Assembly: GCA_903927755.1 (NCBI GenBank)
Contig: CAIYOD010000032.1
Coordinates: forward strand, 2,391 to 66,390
Reading direction: 5' to 3'
From: an uncultured Thermoleophilia bacterium
Lineage (GTDB): Bacteria; Actinomycetota; Thermoleophilia; UBA2241
Length of the DNA: 64,000 bases
Part shown: one piece after another, positions 46,399-55,045 of the stretch
Layout of the letters: each line of letters opens with the position of its first letter
Numbering within the stretch: the stretch's first letter is position 1
The notes under the pieces: generated by a model
The model's input: the letters and a program-made list of their open reading frames with translations, nothing else
Databases searched by the model: none
What the model was told of the DNA's origin: nothing
Program-made: the position numbers and the translations under genes

Positions 46399-48261
46399 AT
46401 GGACACCCACTTGATGCTCGGCAACGAAGCTGTCGCCCGCGGGGCCTGGGAGGCCGGCGTGCAGGTCGCCGCGGCGTATCCCGGGACGCCCAGCACGGAG
46501 ATCGTCACCAACCTGGCCCGCTACGACGGCGTCTACGCCGAGTGGTCCACCAACGAGAAGGTAGCCTACGAGGTGGCCTTCGGCGCCGCGATGGGCGGCG
46601 TCCGCGCCCTGACGGCGATGAAGAGCGCAGGCGGCAGCGTCGCCGCCGACCCGCTGATCAGCTCCGTCTACACGGGCGTCAACGGGGGGCTCGTCGTGTG
46701 CCTCGCCGGCGACCCCGGCATGGCCAGCGGCATGACCGAGCAGGACGACCGCTACTTCGGCCGCATCAGCAGCATGCCGATGCTGGAGCCGGCCGACAGC
46801 CAGGAGTGCTACGAATACGCCAAGCGCGCGTTCGCGATGAGCGAGGAGTTCGACGTGCCGGTCATGGTGCGCCTGAGCATCCAGACGGCGCACCAGAAGA
46901 GCATCGTCCGCTTCGACGGCGAGATCGCCGGCGAAGGGGACGGCCCGGCCGGCCTGACCCGGCCGGCGCCCGAGCGCCGGCCGCCGGACCGCAAGACCGA
47001 GAAGTACTGCCTGCTGCCCAAGTTCTCGCGGCCGCTGCACCGCAGCCTGCTCGAGCGCGTGGAGCGTCTGCGGGTGTTCGCCGAGGCCAGCGCGGCCTCG
47101 GGCGACCTGGCCCAGGTCGTGCCCGCCGCCGGCCCGGTGCCGCTGCAGGGCGGCGGGACGGCGAGAATCGGCGTGGTCTCCGCCGGGGCGGCGTACCTCA
47201 GCGCCAGAGAGGCGCTGCCCGGCGCCGCCTTCCTCAAGCTCGGCATGATCCACCCGCTGCCGCTCGACGCCATCCGAGCCTTCGCACAGACGGTCGACCG
47301 GCTGTTCGTCGTCGAGGAGCTCGAGCCGTATCTGGAGGAGCAGATCCTCGCGGCTGGGATCCTCTGCGAGGGCAAGCAGTGGTTCCCACAGTGGGGCGAG
47401 CTCACGGCCGTGCGGGTGGGCCGGGGTTTCTCCGCCGCCGGCCTCGACCTCCCGCGCTGGGCGGAGGAGAAGGCCGCGGAAGACGGCTCCGTCATCCCGC
47501 GGCCCCCCGTGCTCTGCACCGGCTGCCCGCACCGCGGCATGGCCACGGCGATGAAGAAGCTCAACCTCGACGTGCACGGCGACATCGGCTGCTACGACCT
47601 CACGACCCTGCCACCGGTCAGCCACATGCACTCCGCCGTCGAGATGGGCGCCAGCATCCCGATGGAGCAGGGCTTCATGCGCGCCGGCGGCAGCGAGACC
47701 GGATCGCTCGCCGTCATCGGCGACTCGACGTTCCTGCACTCGGGCCTCACCGGATTGCTGAACGCCGTGCACCAGCGCACCGACCTGACGCTGCTCATCC
47801 AGGACAACAGCATCACGGCGATGACCGGTGGCCAGACCAATCCCGGCAACGAGCGTACGCTGGCCGGGGTCGAGACCAAGCCTGTCGACATCGCCGGCAT
47901 CTGCAAGGCGCTCGGGGTGGAGCAGATCGAGATCGTCGACCCGTACGACTACGAGGCGTGTCTCGCGGCGCTCAAGGCCGGGCTGGCCTACGAGGGCCCG
48001 GCCGTCATCATCACCAACCGCCCCTGCATGCTCTTCCCGCGCAAGATCGGCGGCGAGGAGGCCTTCACGGTGGACGAGGACGTGTGCAACGCCTGCCAGC
48101 AGTGCATGAAGCTCGGCTGCCCGTCGCTCTCGCACACCGAGGCCGAGCACAAGGGCCGCCACAAGGTGAAGATCGACGAGGAGACCTGCACCGGCTGCTC
48201 GCTGTGCGAGCAGCTCTGCAAGCCCGGAGCCATCTCGAAGGCGAAGGCAGGTGTGGCATGA
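46399..48261 (+). CDS. iorA: Indolepyruvate:ferredoxin oxidoreductase subunit alpha
   Basis: In the frame of ORF 46309..48261, starting at the ATG at 46399 (MDTHLMLGNEAVARGAWEAG...YPGTPSTEI). Has a TPP region and a C-terminal CNACQQCMKLGCP / CTGCSLCEQLCKP dicluster. Confidence 0.88.
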   Translation: MDTHLMLGNEAVARGAWEAGVQVAAAYPGTPSTEIVTNLARYDGVYAEWSTNEKVAYEVAFGAAMGGVRALTAMKSAGGSVAADPLISSVYTGVNGGLVVCLAGDPGMASGMTEQDDRYFGRISSMPMLEPADSQECYEYAKRAFAMSEEFDVPVMVRLSIQTAHQKSIVRFDGEIAGEGDGPAGLTRPAPERRPPDRKTEKYCLLPKFSRPLHRSLLERVERLRVFAEASAASGDLAQVVPAAGPVPLQGGGTARIGVVSAGAAYLSAREALPGAAFLKLGMIHPLPLDAIRAFAQTVDRLFVVEELEPYLEEQILAAGILCEGKQWFPQWGELTAVRVGRGFSAAGLDLPRWAEEKAAEDGSVIPRPPVLCTGCPHRGMATAMKKLNLDVHGDIGCYDLTTLPPVSHMHSAVEMGASIPMEQGFMRAGGSETGSLAVIGDSTFLHSGLTGLLNAVHQRTDLTLLIQDNSITAMTGGQTNPGNERTLAGVETKPVDIAGICKALGVEQIEIVDPYDYEACLAALKAGLAYEGPAVIITNRPCMLFPRKIGGEEAFTVDEDVCNACQQCMKLGCPSLSHTEAEHKGRHKVKIDEETCTGCSLCEQLCKPGAISKAKAGVA

Positions 48262-48863
48262 GCACCGACCACTATCACGGCGGCGTGGTCGACGACATCA
48301 TGGTCGTCGGCGTCGGCGGCCAGGGCGTGATCGTGGCCGCCGCGGTCATCGCCGACACGGCGATGCTGCACGGCGGCCTCGACGTCAAGCTCTCGGAGAC
48401 CCGCGGCATGAGCCAGCGCGGCGGCAGCGTGAACTCGCACATCCGCATCGGCGAGACCGTCGTCGCGCCGAGCATCAGCCCGGGCGAGGTCGACTACCTG
48501 CTGGCGTTCGAGTCGGCCGAGGGGCTGCGCACGGCGCCGTCCCTCGTCCCCGGCGGCGTCGCGATCATCAACACGCAGCAGATCGTGCCGCCGCTCGCCT
48601 CGCAGGGCGACATGAGCTACCCGTTCGACGCGGCCGAGCGCATGGCGCTGGGCGACCGGCGCGTGACCGTCGTAGACGGCAACGGCATCGCCCTGGAGGT
48701 CGGCGAGCTCAAGGTGGCCGGCATCGTCCTGGTCGGCGCGCTCTCCACGCACCTGCCGTTCGACGTCGAGACCTGGCAGGCGGCGATCGTGCGCAACGTG
48801 CCGCCCAAGTGGAAGGACCTCAACTTCGCCGCTTTCGCGGCCGGACGTGAGGTCGGGGCATGA
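48258..48863 (+). CDS. iorB: Indolepyruvate:ferredoxin oxidoreductase subunit beta
   Basis: ATGA overlap with iorA. MVVGVGGQGVIVAAAVIADTAM, SETRGMSQRGGSV. 201 aa. Confidence 0.85.
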   Translation: MSTDHYHGGVVDDIMVVGVGGQGVIVAAAVIADTAMLHGGLDVKLSETRGMSQRGGSVNSHIRIGETVVAPSISPGEVDYLLAFESAEGLRTAPSLVPGGVAIINTQQIVPPLASQGDMSYPFDAAERMALGDRRVTVVDGNGIALEVGELKVAGIVLVGALSTHLPFDVETWQAAIVRNVPPKWKDLNFAAFAAGREVGA

Positions 48864-50233
48864 GCACCACTTGTCCGGGCGGCGCGGCCGCCGGCTCTCA
48901 CGCCGTGGCCGACGACGAGCGCGAGTACTTCGACCCGGTCAACGAGACGCTGGAGCCCGAGGACCTGCAGGAGCTCCAGCTCGAGCGCCTGCAGACCGTC
49001 GTCGCCCACTCGTACGCGAACAGCGACGCCTACCGCGCGCTCTGCGACGGGGCCGGCGTCGCGCCCGCGGACATCAAGTCCCTGGACGACCTCCGCCGGC
49101 TCCCGTTCGTCGACAAGGTCACGCTCCGCGACTACTACCCGGACAAGCTGCGCACCTGCGGCCTCGACAACATCATCGAGGTCCACAGCACGTCCGGCAC
49201 GACCGGCAAGCCCACGCCGATCTGGGTGTCTCGCAAGGACATGGACCTCTGGCTGGAGCGCAACGCGCGGACCATGTGGATGATCGGCCTCCGCCCGGGC
49301 GACCTCCTGCAGAACATGTTCGGCTACGGCCTGCCGACCAGCATCGGGCTGCAATACGGCGCCCAGCACGCCGGCATCGGCGTGGTGCCCGCCGGCATCG
49401 GCCGCCAGGAGCTGCTCATCGACTTGATGGTCGACCTCGGCGTCACCGCTATCTGCACCACGCCGTCCTACGGGCTCTACCTCGCCGAGAAGGCACTCGA
49501 GCGCGGCATCGACCTCAGCAGGGACACCAGGCTGCGCATCGGCCTGTTCGGCGCCGAGCCGTGGCCGGAGACCGGCCGCGAGCGCCTTGCCGCCGCGATG
49601 GGCGTCGACGTCTTCAACGAGTACGGAATGGGTGAGTTCCTCGGACCGGGCATGGCCGCGGAGTGTCCGGTCAAGCAGGGCATGCACGTCTGGTCGGACC
49701 ACATCTACGTGGAGTGCATCGACCCTGTGACGCTCGAGCCGGTCGCCGATGGCGCCCCCGGCGAGCTCGTCTGGACCTCGCTCACCAGCGACTCCACGGC
49801 GATGATCCGCTACCGCAGCCACGACATCAGCTCGCTCACCTACGAGCCCTGCGCCTGCGGCCGCAGCCATCCGCGCATCGGCCGCATCACCGGGCGCAGC
49901 GACGACGCCGTGTCCGTCGGCGGCCTCGTCGTGTTCCCCAGCCAGATCGAAGAGGTGCTGCTGAAGTACGACGAGTTCGGCAGCAACTTCTGCATGGTCA
50001 TCGACAACGTGAACAACCTCGACCGGCTGACGCTGCAGGTCGAGGTCCGCGGGCTCGACGAGATGAGCGACGACGCCCAGGCCAGGCTGTCGAAGGGCAT
50101 CGTGACGGGCGTCAAGACCAGCGTCGGCGTGACGCCGAAGATCGAGCTGCATGCACCGTACGCGCTGCCGCGCGACACGAGCGGCCAGGGCAAGACCGCC
50201 TGCCATCGCGTCGACGACCGTAGGAGCTGCTGA
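48860..50233 (+). CDS. Phenylacetate-CoA ligase family (PaaK-like), copy 2
   Basis: ATGA overlap with iorB. LQLERLQTVVAHSY, LDDLRRLPFVDK and HSTSGTTGKPT are present. Confidence 0.85.
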   Translation: MSTTCPGGAAAGSHAVADDEREYFDPVNETLEPEDLQELQLERLQTVVAHSYANSDAYRALCDGAGVAPADIKSLDDLRRLPFVDKVTLRDYYPDKLRTCGLDNIIEVHSTSGTTGKPTPIWVSRKDMDLWLERNARTMWMIGLRPGDLLQNMFGYGLPTSIGLQYGAQHAGIGVVPAGIGRQELLIDLMVDLGVTAICTTPSYGLYLAEKALERGIDLSRDTRLRIGLFGAEPWPETGRERLAAAMGVDVFNEYGMGEFLGPGMAAECPVKQGMHVWSDHIYVECIDPVTLEPVADGAPGELVWTSLTSDSTAMIRYRSHDISSLTYEPCACGRSHPRIGRITGRSDDAVSVGGLVVFPSQIEEVLLKYDEFGSNFCMVIDNVNNLDRLTLQVEVRGLDEMSDDAQARLSKGIVTGVKTSVGVTPKIELHAPYALPRDTSGQGKTACHRVDDRRSC

Positions 50234-50288
50234 CGGCGCGGTTGTCGACGACGCTTGCCGGCTTCCTCAAGGACGCCGGCGTCGCCCA

Positions 50289-50927
50289 GTGGGGCGTGCC
50301 GCGTGCCCGGACGAGCCGTGGCCGTTCGCGCCGCACCTGCCACGCGCCATGTCCATCGGCGCCGCCCTCCGACCCGAGATCATCGGCCCGGTCCAGGAGG
50401 GCCCGACCGCGCCTCACTACGCGGAGTACAAACGGGTGAACGTCGCCCTGCGGGCCGCCGCACAGAGTCTCGCAGCCCTTCTCGGCGAGCACGGCGCGAC
50501 GGCCGAGCCGCTCGAGCCCACGGTCGGCTACAAGTCCGGCAGGGACATGACCGCCGCTGGCCTCTTCGCCCACAAGACGGCGGCGACGCAGGCCGGACTC
50601 GGCTGGATCGGCAAGACGGCGATCTTCGTGTCGCCGCGGCTGGGGCCCTCGGTGCGCCTCGCGACCGTGTTCACGGACACGAACCTGCCGGCCGCCGAGC
50701 CGATCAGCGAGGGCAGGTGCGCCGGGTGCCGGCGGTGCGTCGACGCCTGCCCCGCCGGCGCCGGGCGCGACGTGCGCTGGCGGGCGGGCATGCCCCGCGA
50801 GGAACTCCTCGACGTCGTCGCGTGTCTGCGAGAGACCGAGGCCAACGATGGCGCCGCCGGAGGCCTATGCGGCGTGTGCGTCGCGGTCTGCCCGTTCGGG
50901 CGGCGGCTGCTGCGCGACCGAGGCTGA
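50289..50927 (+). CDS. 4Fe-4S dicluster protein, epoxyqueuosine-reductase (QueG)-like; N-terminus possibly frameshifted
   Basis: The frame of ORF 50151..50927 has AGLGWIGKTAIFVSPRLGPSVRLATVFTD, CAGCRRCVDACP and CGVCVAVCPFG. A family-like N-terminal segment (LAGFLKDAGVAQWGV) sits in another frame from the TTG at 50242. Confidence 0.6.
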   Translation: MGRAACPDEPWPFAPHLPRAMSIGAALRPEIIGPVQEGPTAPHYAEYKRVNVALRAAAQSLAALLGEHGATAEPLEPTVGYKSGRDMTAAGLFAHKTAATQAGLGWIGKTAIFVSPRLGPSVRLATVFTDTNLPAAEPISEGRCAGCRRCVDACPAGAGRDVRWRAGMPREELLDVVACLRETEANDGAAGGLCGVCVAVCPFGRRLLRDRG

Positions 50928-51090
50928 CCGGGCCGGATCCAACACCGCTCCCGCCCGCGATCGAGTAGACGACCGGCACAGCTGCTGACTGCGCCCTCAA
51001 TGACGGCGCTGTTCGGCATTCTCGAGGACGCCGGAGTGTGGCGGCCAGACCGGAAGAGGTCGCCGCAGCTCTCCAGCGCACGGAGATCGA

Positions 51091-51843
51091 TCAGCGCCGG
51101 AGTGCGGCCTCCATCATCGCTTTGACCGCGTCGACGTGAGCGCCCATCGCGGTGGACGCTGCCGCTGAATCCTTGAGTCGGATCGCCCTCGCGATGCTCG
51201 CGTGGTCGCGGCTGATCTCGTCCAGACGATGCTGCCGAAGTGCCAGGTCGACCGGGAGGAAGAGCTTCCCGCGCGCCTCCGCCATGACCGCAGCCAGCTC
51301 CCGGCTGTGCGCCGCCGCAGCGACGGCGTCATGAAAAGCGGCATTCCAGCGCAGCACACCCTTGTGCGTCTCAGAGAGCATCGCGTTGGCGGCGTCGATC
51401 GCTGACATGTCCTCATCCGTGCGTCTCTCGGCGGCCAGCCACGCGATCCGAGTCTCGACCGTCGCTCTGAGTTCGAAGATGCCGTCGACGTCGTCCGCGT
51501 GTCGAAACGCCCACGCTGCCCAGCAGCCACCGAGTGTCTCAATGTCGCTCACTCGAGAGCCTGCCTGCGCTCCGCGACCGGTGACCACATATCCCAGGCT
51601 CTGAAGTGACCTGAGCGCCAGGCGCAGCGTGACCGGCGAGATTCCCAATGTGGCCGCCAGTTCGCGACTTGGAGGCAGCCGGTCGCCTGGGGCAAGCTCC
51701 CCCGAGAAGATGAGCGAACGCACGAACGCAGCGGCATGATCCGCCGCCGTAGGCACGTTGAGTGTGGTGGCGTCAGCCCTCGCGTCGAACCCTTTCTGAT
51801 CGTCTTCCACGCCGGCTCTCATTCCTTCGCTCGGGTGTCGCAT
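51091..51843 (-). CDS. GntR family transcriptional regulator (FadR/FCD subfamily)
   Basis: LAPGDRLPPSRELAATLGISPVTLRLALRSLQSLGYVVTGRGAQAGSRV winged HTH plus a helical FCD-type C-terminal domain. The start is uncertain. Confidence 0.8.
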   Translation of the reverse strand: MRHPSEGMRAGVEDDQKGFDARADATTLNVPTAADHAAAFVRSLIFSGELAPGDRLPPSRELAATLGISPVTLRLALRSLQSLGYVVTGRGAQAGSRVSDIETLGGCWAAWAFRHADDVDGIFELRATVETRIAWLAAERRTDEDMSAIDAANAMLSETHKGVLRWNAAFHDAVAAAAHSRELAAVMAEARGKLFLPVDLALRQHRLDEISRDHASIARAIRLKDSAAASTAMGAHVDAVKAMMEAALRR

Positions 51844-51984
51844 CGTGACACGGCCTGACGCCTGAGGGCGCCTTGACCACGTAGAGATAATGAGCTAGTT
51901 TCTATCTCATTAGCGCATGAGCATTATGCTGCACGTCTCAGTCTACGCCCGTGCGGCTTGGCTCGGGAACGGGGAGGACACACA

Positions 51985-53160
51985 TTGGGCACCGTGCTAG
52001 CCACCGGCAACCAGGCAGCGGGACAGGTCCTGGCCATGGCGGGTGAGGCCAATAGATCTGCGCGCGGGTGCGGCGGCGGCGCCTATCCGATCACCCCGCA
52101 GACCGAGATCGCTGAATACCTGACCGGGCACCAGTTCGCGAAGGGCAGCTTCGTCACGGCGGAGTCGGAGCATAGTGCGATGGCGGTCTGCATCGGCGCC
52201 TCGGTCATGGGTGCGCGTTCGTTCACGGCCAGCTCCTCGAATGGCCTTCTCTACATGACCGAGAACGTGTTCGCCGCCGGATACTGCCGGCTGCCGTTGG
52301 TCATGGTGGTGTGCAATCGGACCATCGGACCACCTTGGAACATCTGGGTCGACCAGGGCGATAGCCTCGCCATGCGCGATTCTGCCTGGCTGCAGTTCTA
52401 CTGCGAGTCCCACCAGGACCTGGTGGACACGATTCTGCTGTCATTTCGCGTCGCCGAGGACGAGCGCGTACTCCTGCCCGCGATGGTCGCGCAGGATGGT
52501 TTCCTGATCTCTCATACCGCGATGCGGGTCGACATACCTGAGCAGGGGGAGGTCGACCGCTACTTGCCCGCCCTCCGGCTCCCCCAGCGACTCCGCCCCG
52601 ACCACCCGGTGCTCTACGGCAGCATCACGCTTCCTCGCGAGACGGAGAACCACCGTCGCGATCTGGAGGCGGCGATGGCCCAAGTGCCCATCGTCCTCGC
52701 CGAGGCAATCGATGAGTTCGAGTCGGTCTTCGGCCGTCGCCCTCACGGCGCGTTCTCCGCCGAACAAACTGCGGACGCAGACGCCGTGTTGGTCGCCAGT
52801 AGCACGATGTCGCGCACGGCACGACGTGTCGTCGAGAGGCGGCGCGCGCGAGGCGAGAAGATCGGCCTGGTCGGGGCCAAGCTCTTCAGACCGTTTCTGC
52901 GGCCCGAGCTGGTCGGGGCGATAGGCTCGGCGAAGCGGGTGGCGGTACTTGACCGCAACCTTTCGCCTGGGTCTGGCGGCATCTTCTGGAACGAGGTCGC
53001 TGTCAGCCTGCGTCAGCGCGCCGACGTAGTGCTCCAGGGCTACCTGATGGGCCTCGGCGGCGGCGACGTCACCGACGGGCATGTCGAGGCCGCGCTAGAT
53101 GACCTGCTCGGTCTGGCCGAGTCCGGAGAGCCCGTCTTCTTTCCGGCGAGGGTGGCATGA
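51985..53160 (+). CDS. 2-oxoacid:ferredoxin oxidoreductase subunit alpha (POR/VOR type)
   Basis: In the frame of ORF 51958..53160. The TTG at 51985 follows GGGGAGGA. GNQAAGQVLAMAG...GGGAYPITPQTEI is typical of the alpha subunit. Confidence 0.85.
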   Translation: MGTVLATGNQAAGQVLAMAGEANRSARGCGGGAYPITPQTEIAEYLTGHQFAKGSFVTAESEHSAMAVCIGASVMGARSFTASSSNGLLYMTENVFAAGYCRLPLVMVVCNRTIGPPWNIWVDQGDSLAMRDSAWLQFYCESHQDLVDTILLSFRVAEDERVLLPAMVAQDGFLISHTAMRVDIPEQGEVDRYLPALRLPQRLRPDHPVLYGSITLPRETENHRRDLEAAMAQVPIVLAEAIDEFESVFGRRPHGAFSAEQTADADAVLVASSTMSRTARRVVERRRARGEKIGLVGAKLFRPFLRPELVGAIGSAKRVAVLDRNLSPGSGGIFWNEVAVSLRQRADVVLQGYLMGLGGGDVTDGHVEAALDDLLGLAESGEPVFFPARVA

Positions 53161-54101
53161 ACGCGCACGTGGCCGACGGGCTCCTCCGGGCGGGCAACGC
53201 CAACTGTGCGGGCTGCGGCATGACCCTGGGTCTGCGGTGGTTCGGCGAGGCGCTGGCCGGAACGACGCCACTGCTGGCGATCCCGCCATGCTGCGCGACG
53301 GTCACATCGGGGCTCTTCCCGACCACCGCGTACCACGCTCCCGGTATCGCCACCACCTTCGCCAGCTCGGCTGCTGTGGGCAGCGGGATGAGCCGTGTCC
53401 TCCGCCAGAACAACGAGGACCAGCCGGTGGTCTGCTGGACGGGCGACGGCGGTACCTACGACATCGGCATGGCGACTCTCTCGGCGGCTGCCGAGCGCAA
53501 CGAGGACGTCATCTACGTCTGCTACGACAACGAGATCTATGGAAACACCGGTGGCCAGCGCAGCAGCGCAACGCCCATGGGCGCAAAGACCACGACGTCG
53601 GCCCGCGGCAAGGTGGAGCGCAAGAAGGACATCATGGCGATCATGGCCGCGCACAGGGTGCCCTACGCGGCGTCTCTCTCCCTGGCTCACCATGACGACT
53701 TCGTGCGCAAGGTGAAGCTCGCTCTCGGGCTCGGTGGGTTCCGCTTCCTCTTGATGCTGTCCCCCTGTCCCGCCGGGTGGAAGTGCCAGCCCGACGAGAG
53801 TGTTGCCCTCGTACGGATGGCGGTCGGCTGCGGCATCTATCCCGTCTTCGAGGTCTTCGACGGCGTGCGCTACCGCGTCAATGTGAGGCCGGACGGCACG
53901 CCCCTCGAGGACTACCTCGCGCGGCAGAAGCGGTTCAAGTCGGAGGGGCTGGATGTGGACTTCCTGCAGGCGGACGTCTCGGCAAGGTGGACCCAGCTGC
54001 GGGCCCTGGAGGAAGCGTCCCCAGCCGAGGACGAGGAGTGTGCGACGCTGGACGACGTGCAGACACCGGCCGTGGCTGTCAGTTGTGAGGTGCGCTCATG
54101 A
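53157..54101 (+). CDS. 2-oxoacid:ferredoxin oxidoreductase subunit beta (TPP-binding)
   Basis: CAGCGMTLGLR, GDGGTYDIGMATLSAAAERNEDVIYVCYDNEIYGNTGGQ (TPP motif). ATGA overlap with the alpha subunit. Confidence 0.88.
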   Translation: MNAHVADGLLRAGNANCAGCGMTLGLRWFGEALAGTTPLLAIPPCCATVTSGLFPTTAYHAPGIATTFASSAAVGSGMSRVLRQNNEDQPVVCWTGDGGTYDIGMATLSAAAERNEDVIYVCYDNEIYGNTGGQRSSATPMGAKTTTSARGKVERKKDIMAIMAAHRVPYAASLSLAHHDDFVRKVKLALGLGGFRFLLMLSPCPAGWKCQPDESVALVRMAVGCGIYPVFEVFDGVRYRVNVRPDGTPLEDYLARQKRFKSEGLDVDFLQADVSARWTQLRALEEASPAEDEECATLDDVQTPAVAVSCEVRS

Positions 54102-55045
54102 GTGAGTCGACGCGCATCGCATTCAGGGACGGCTCCTTCGTTCCCTACGCCGACCTGGCCGTAGGATTCGGGACGCATGCGCTTCACTACGGCACGAGCG
54201 TCTTCGAGGGCCTGCGCGCGTACTGGGACGCTGACGCAGATGAGCTGTTCTTGTTCCGGCCCCGGGAGCACTTCGAGCGGCTTCGCGGCTCGGCCCGGTT
54301 CTTCGGCATGACGCCGCCGTATTCCGCGGAGGAACTGTGCCGGCTCACGACGGAGTTGCTCGCCCGCAACGAGCTGCGAGAGGACGCCTACGTACGCCCC
54401 GTCCTCTACAAGGGCGGCGATGGCATCGGCCTCTGGCGGAGCGACCTGCCGGACTGCTTCGCCATCTTCGCTGTGCCCATGGGCAAGTACATCGGCGACG
54501 GCGGGATCCGCTGTTGCGTGAGTTCCTGGAGGCGGCCGCACGGCAACTCGGCTCCCGCACGCGCCAAGATCGGAGGCATGTACGCGGCGATGGCGCTCGC
54601 GCGCCACGAGGCTCTCGAGAAGGGCTTCGACGAGGCGATACTGCTCAGCGCCGACGGCCGCGTGGCCGAAGGTTCGGCCGAGAACATCTTCCTTGTCATC
54701 GACGGCCAACTGGTGACGCCGTCCCTCGGGAACGACGTGCTCGCCGGCATCACCCGTGCCAGCGTCATCGACCTAGCCGCGGCAGAGCTCGGATTGACCG
54801 TGGTCGAGCGCGACGTGAACCAGAGCGAGCTCACCTTCGCCGACGAGGTGTTCCTCTGCGGCACGGCCGCCGAGATCACGCCTGTCGTGGAGATCGACCA
54901 CCGCGTCGTGGGTGATGGCAGCGTTGGTCCGATAACGGGAGCGCTGGCACGCGTCTACGACGCCGTGGCGCATGGCACGCGGAGCGAGTACCTGAGCTGG
55001 TGCCGTCCGGTGTACGCGCAGACTCTCGAGGGAGCCGCCCGATGA
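54098..55045 (+). CDS. ilvE: Branched-chain amino acid aminotransferase (fold-type IV)
   Basis: HALHYGTSVFEGLRAY, AKIGGMYAAMALA, EGSAENIFLV, GITR and GTAAEITPV are present. Confidence 0.88.
   Translation: MSESTRIAFRDGSFVPYADLAVGFGTHALHYGTSVFEGLRAYWDADADELFLFRPREHFERLRGSARFFGMTPPYSAEELCRLTTELLARNELREDAYVRPVLYKGGDGIGLWRSDLPDCFAIFAVPMGKYIGDGGIRCCVSSWRRPHGNSAPARAKIGGMYAAMALARHEALEKGFDEAILLSADGRVAEGSAENIFLVIDGQLVTPSLGNDVLAGITRASVIDLAAAELGLTVVERDVNQSELTFADEVFLCGTAAEITPVVEIDHRVVGDGSVGPITGALARVYDAVAHGTRSEYLSWCRPVYAQTLEGAAR

Noticed and set aside
46321-48162. 613-aa minus-strand ORF antisense to iorA, and the 773-aa plus-strand ORF 46542-48863
   Set aside because: iorA motifs are unambiguous in the 46399 frame. 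Only the last 201 codons of the 46542 frame (iorB) are real.
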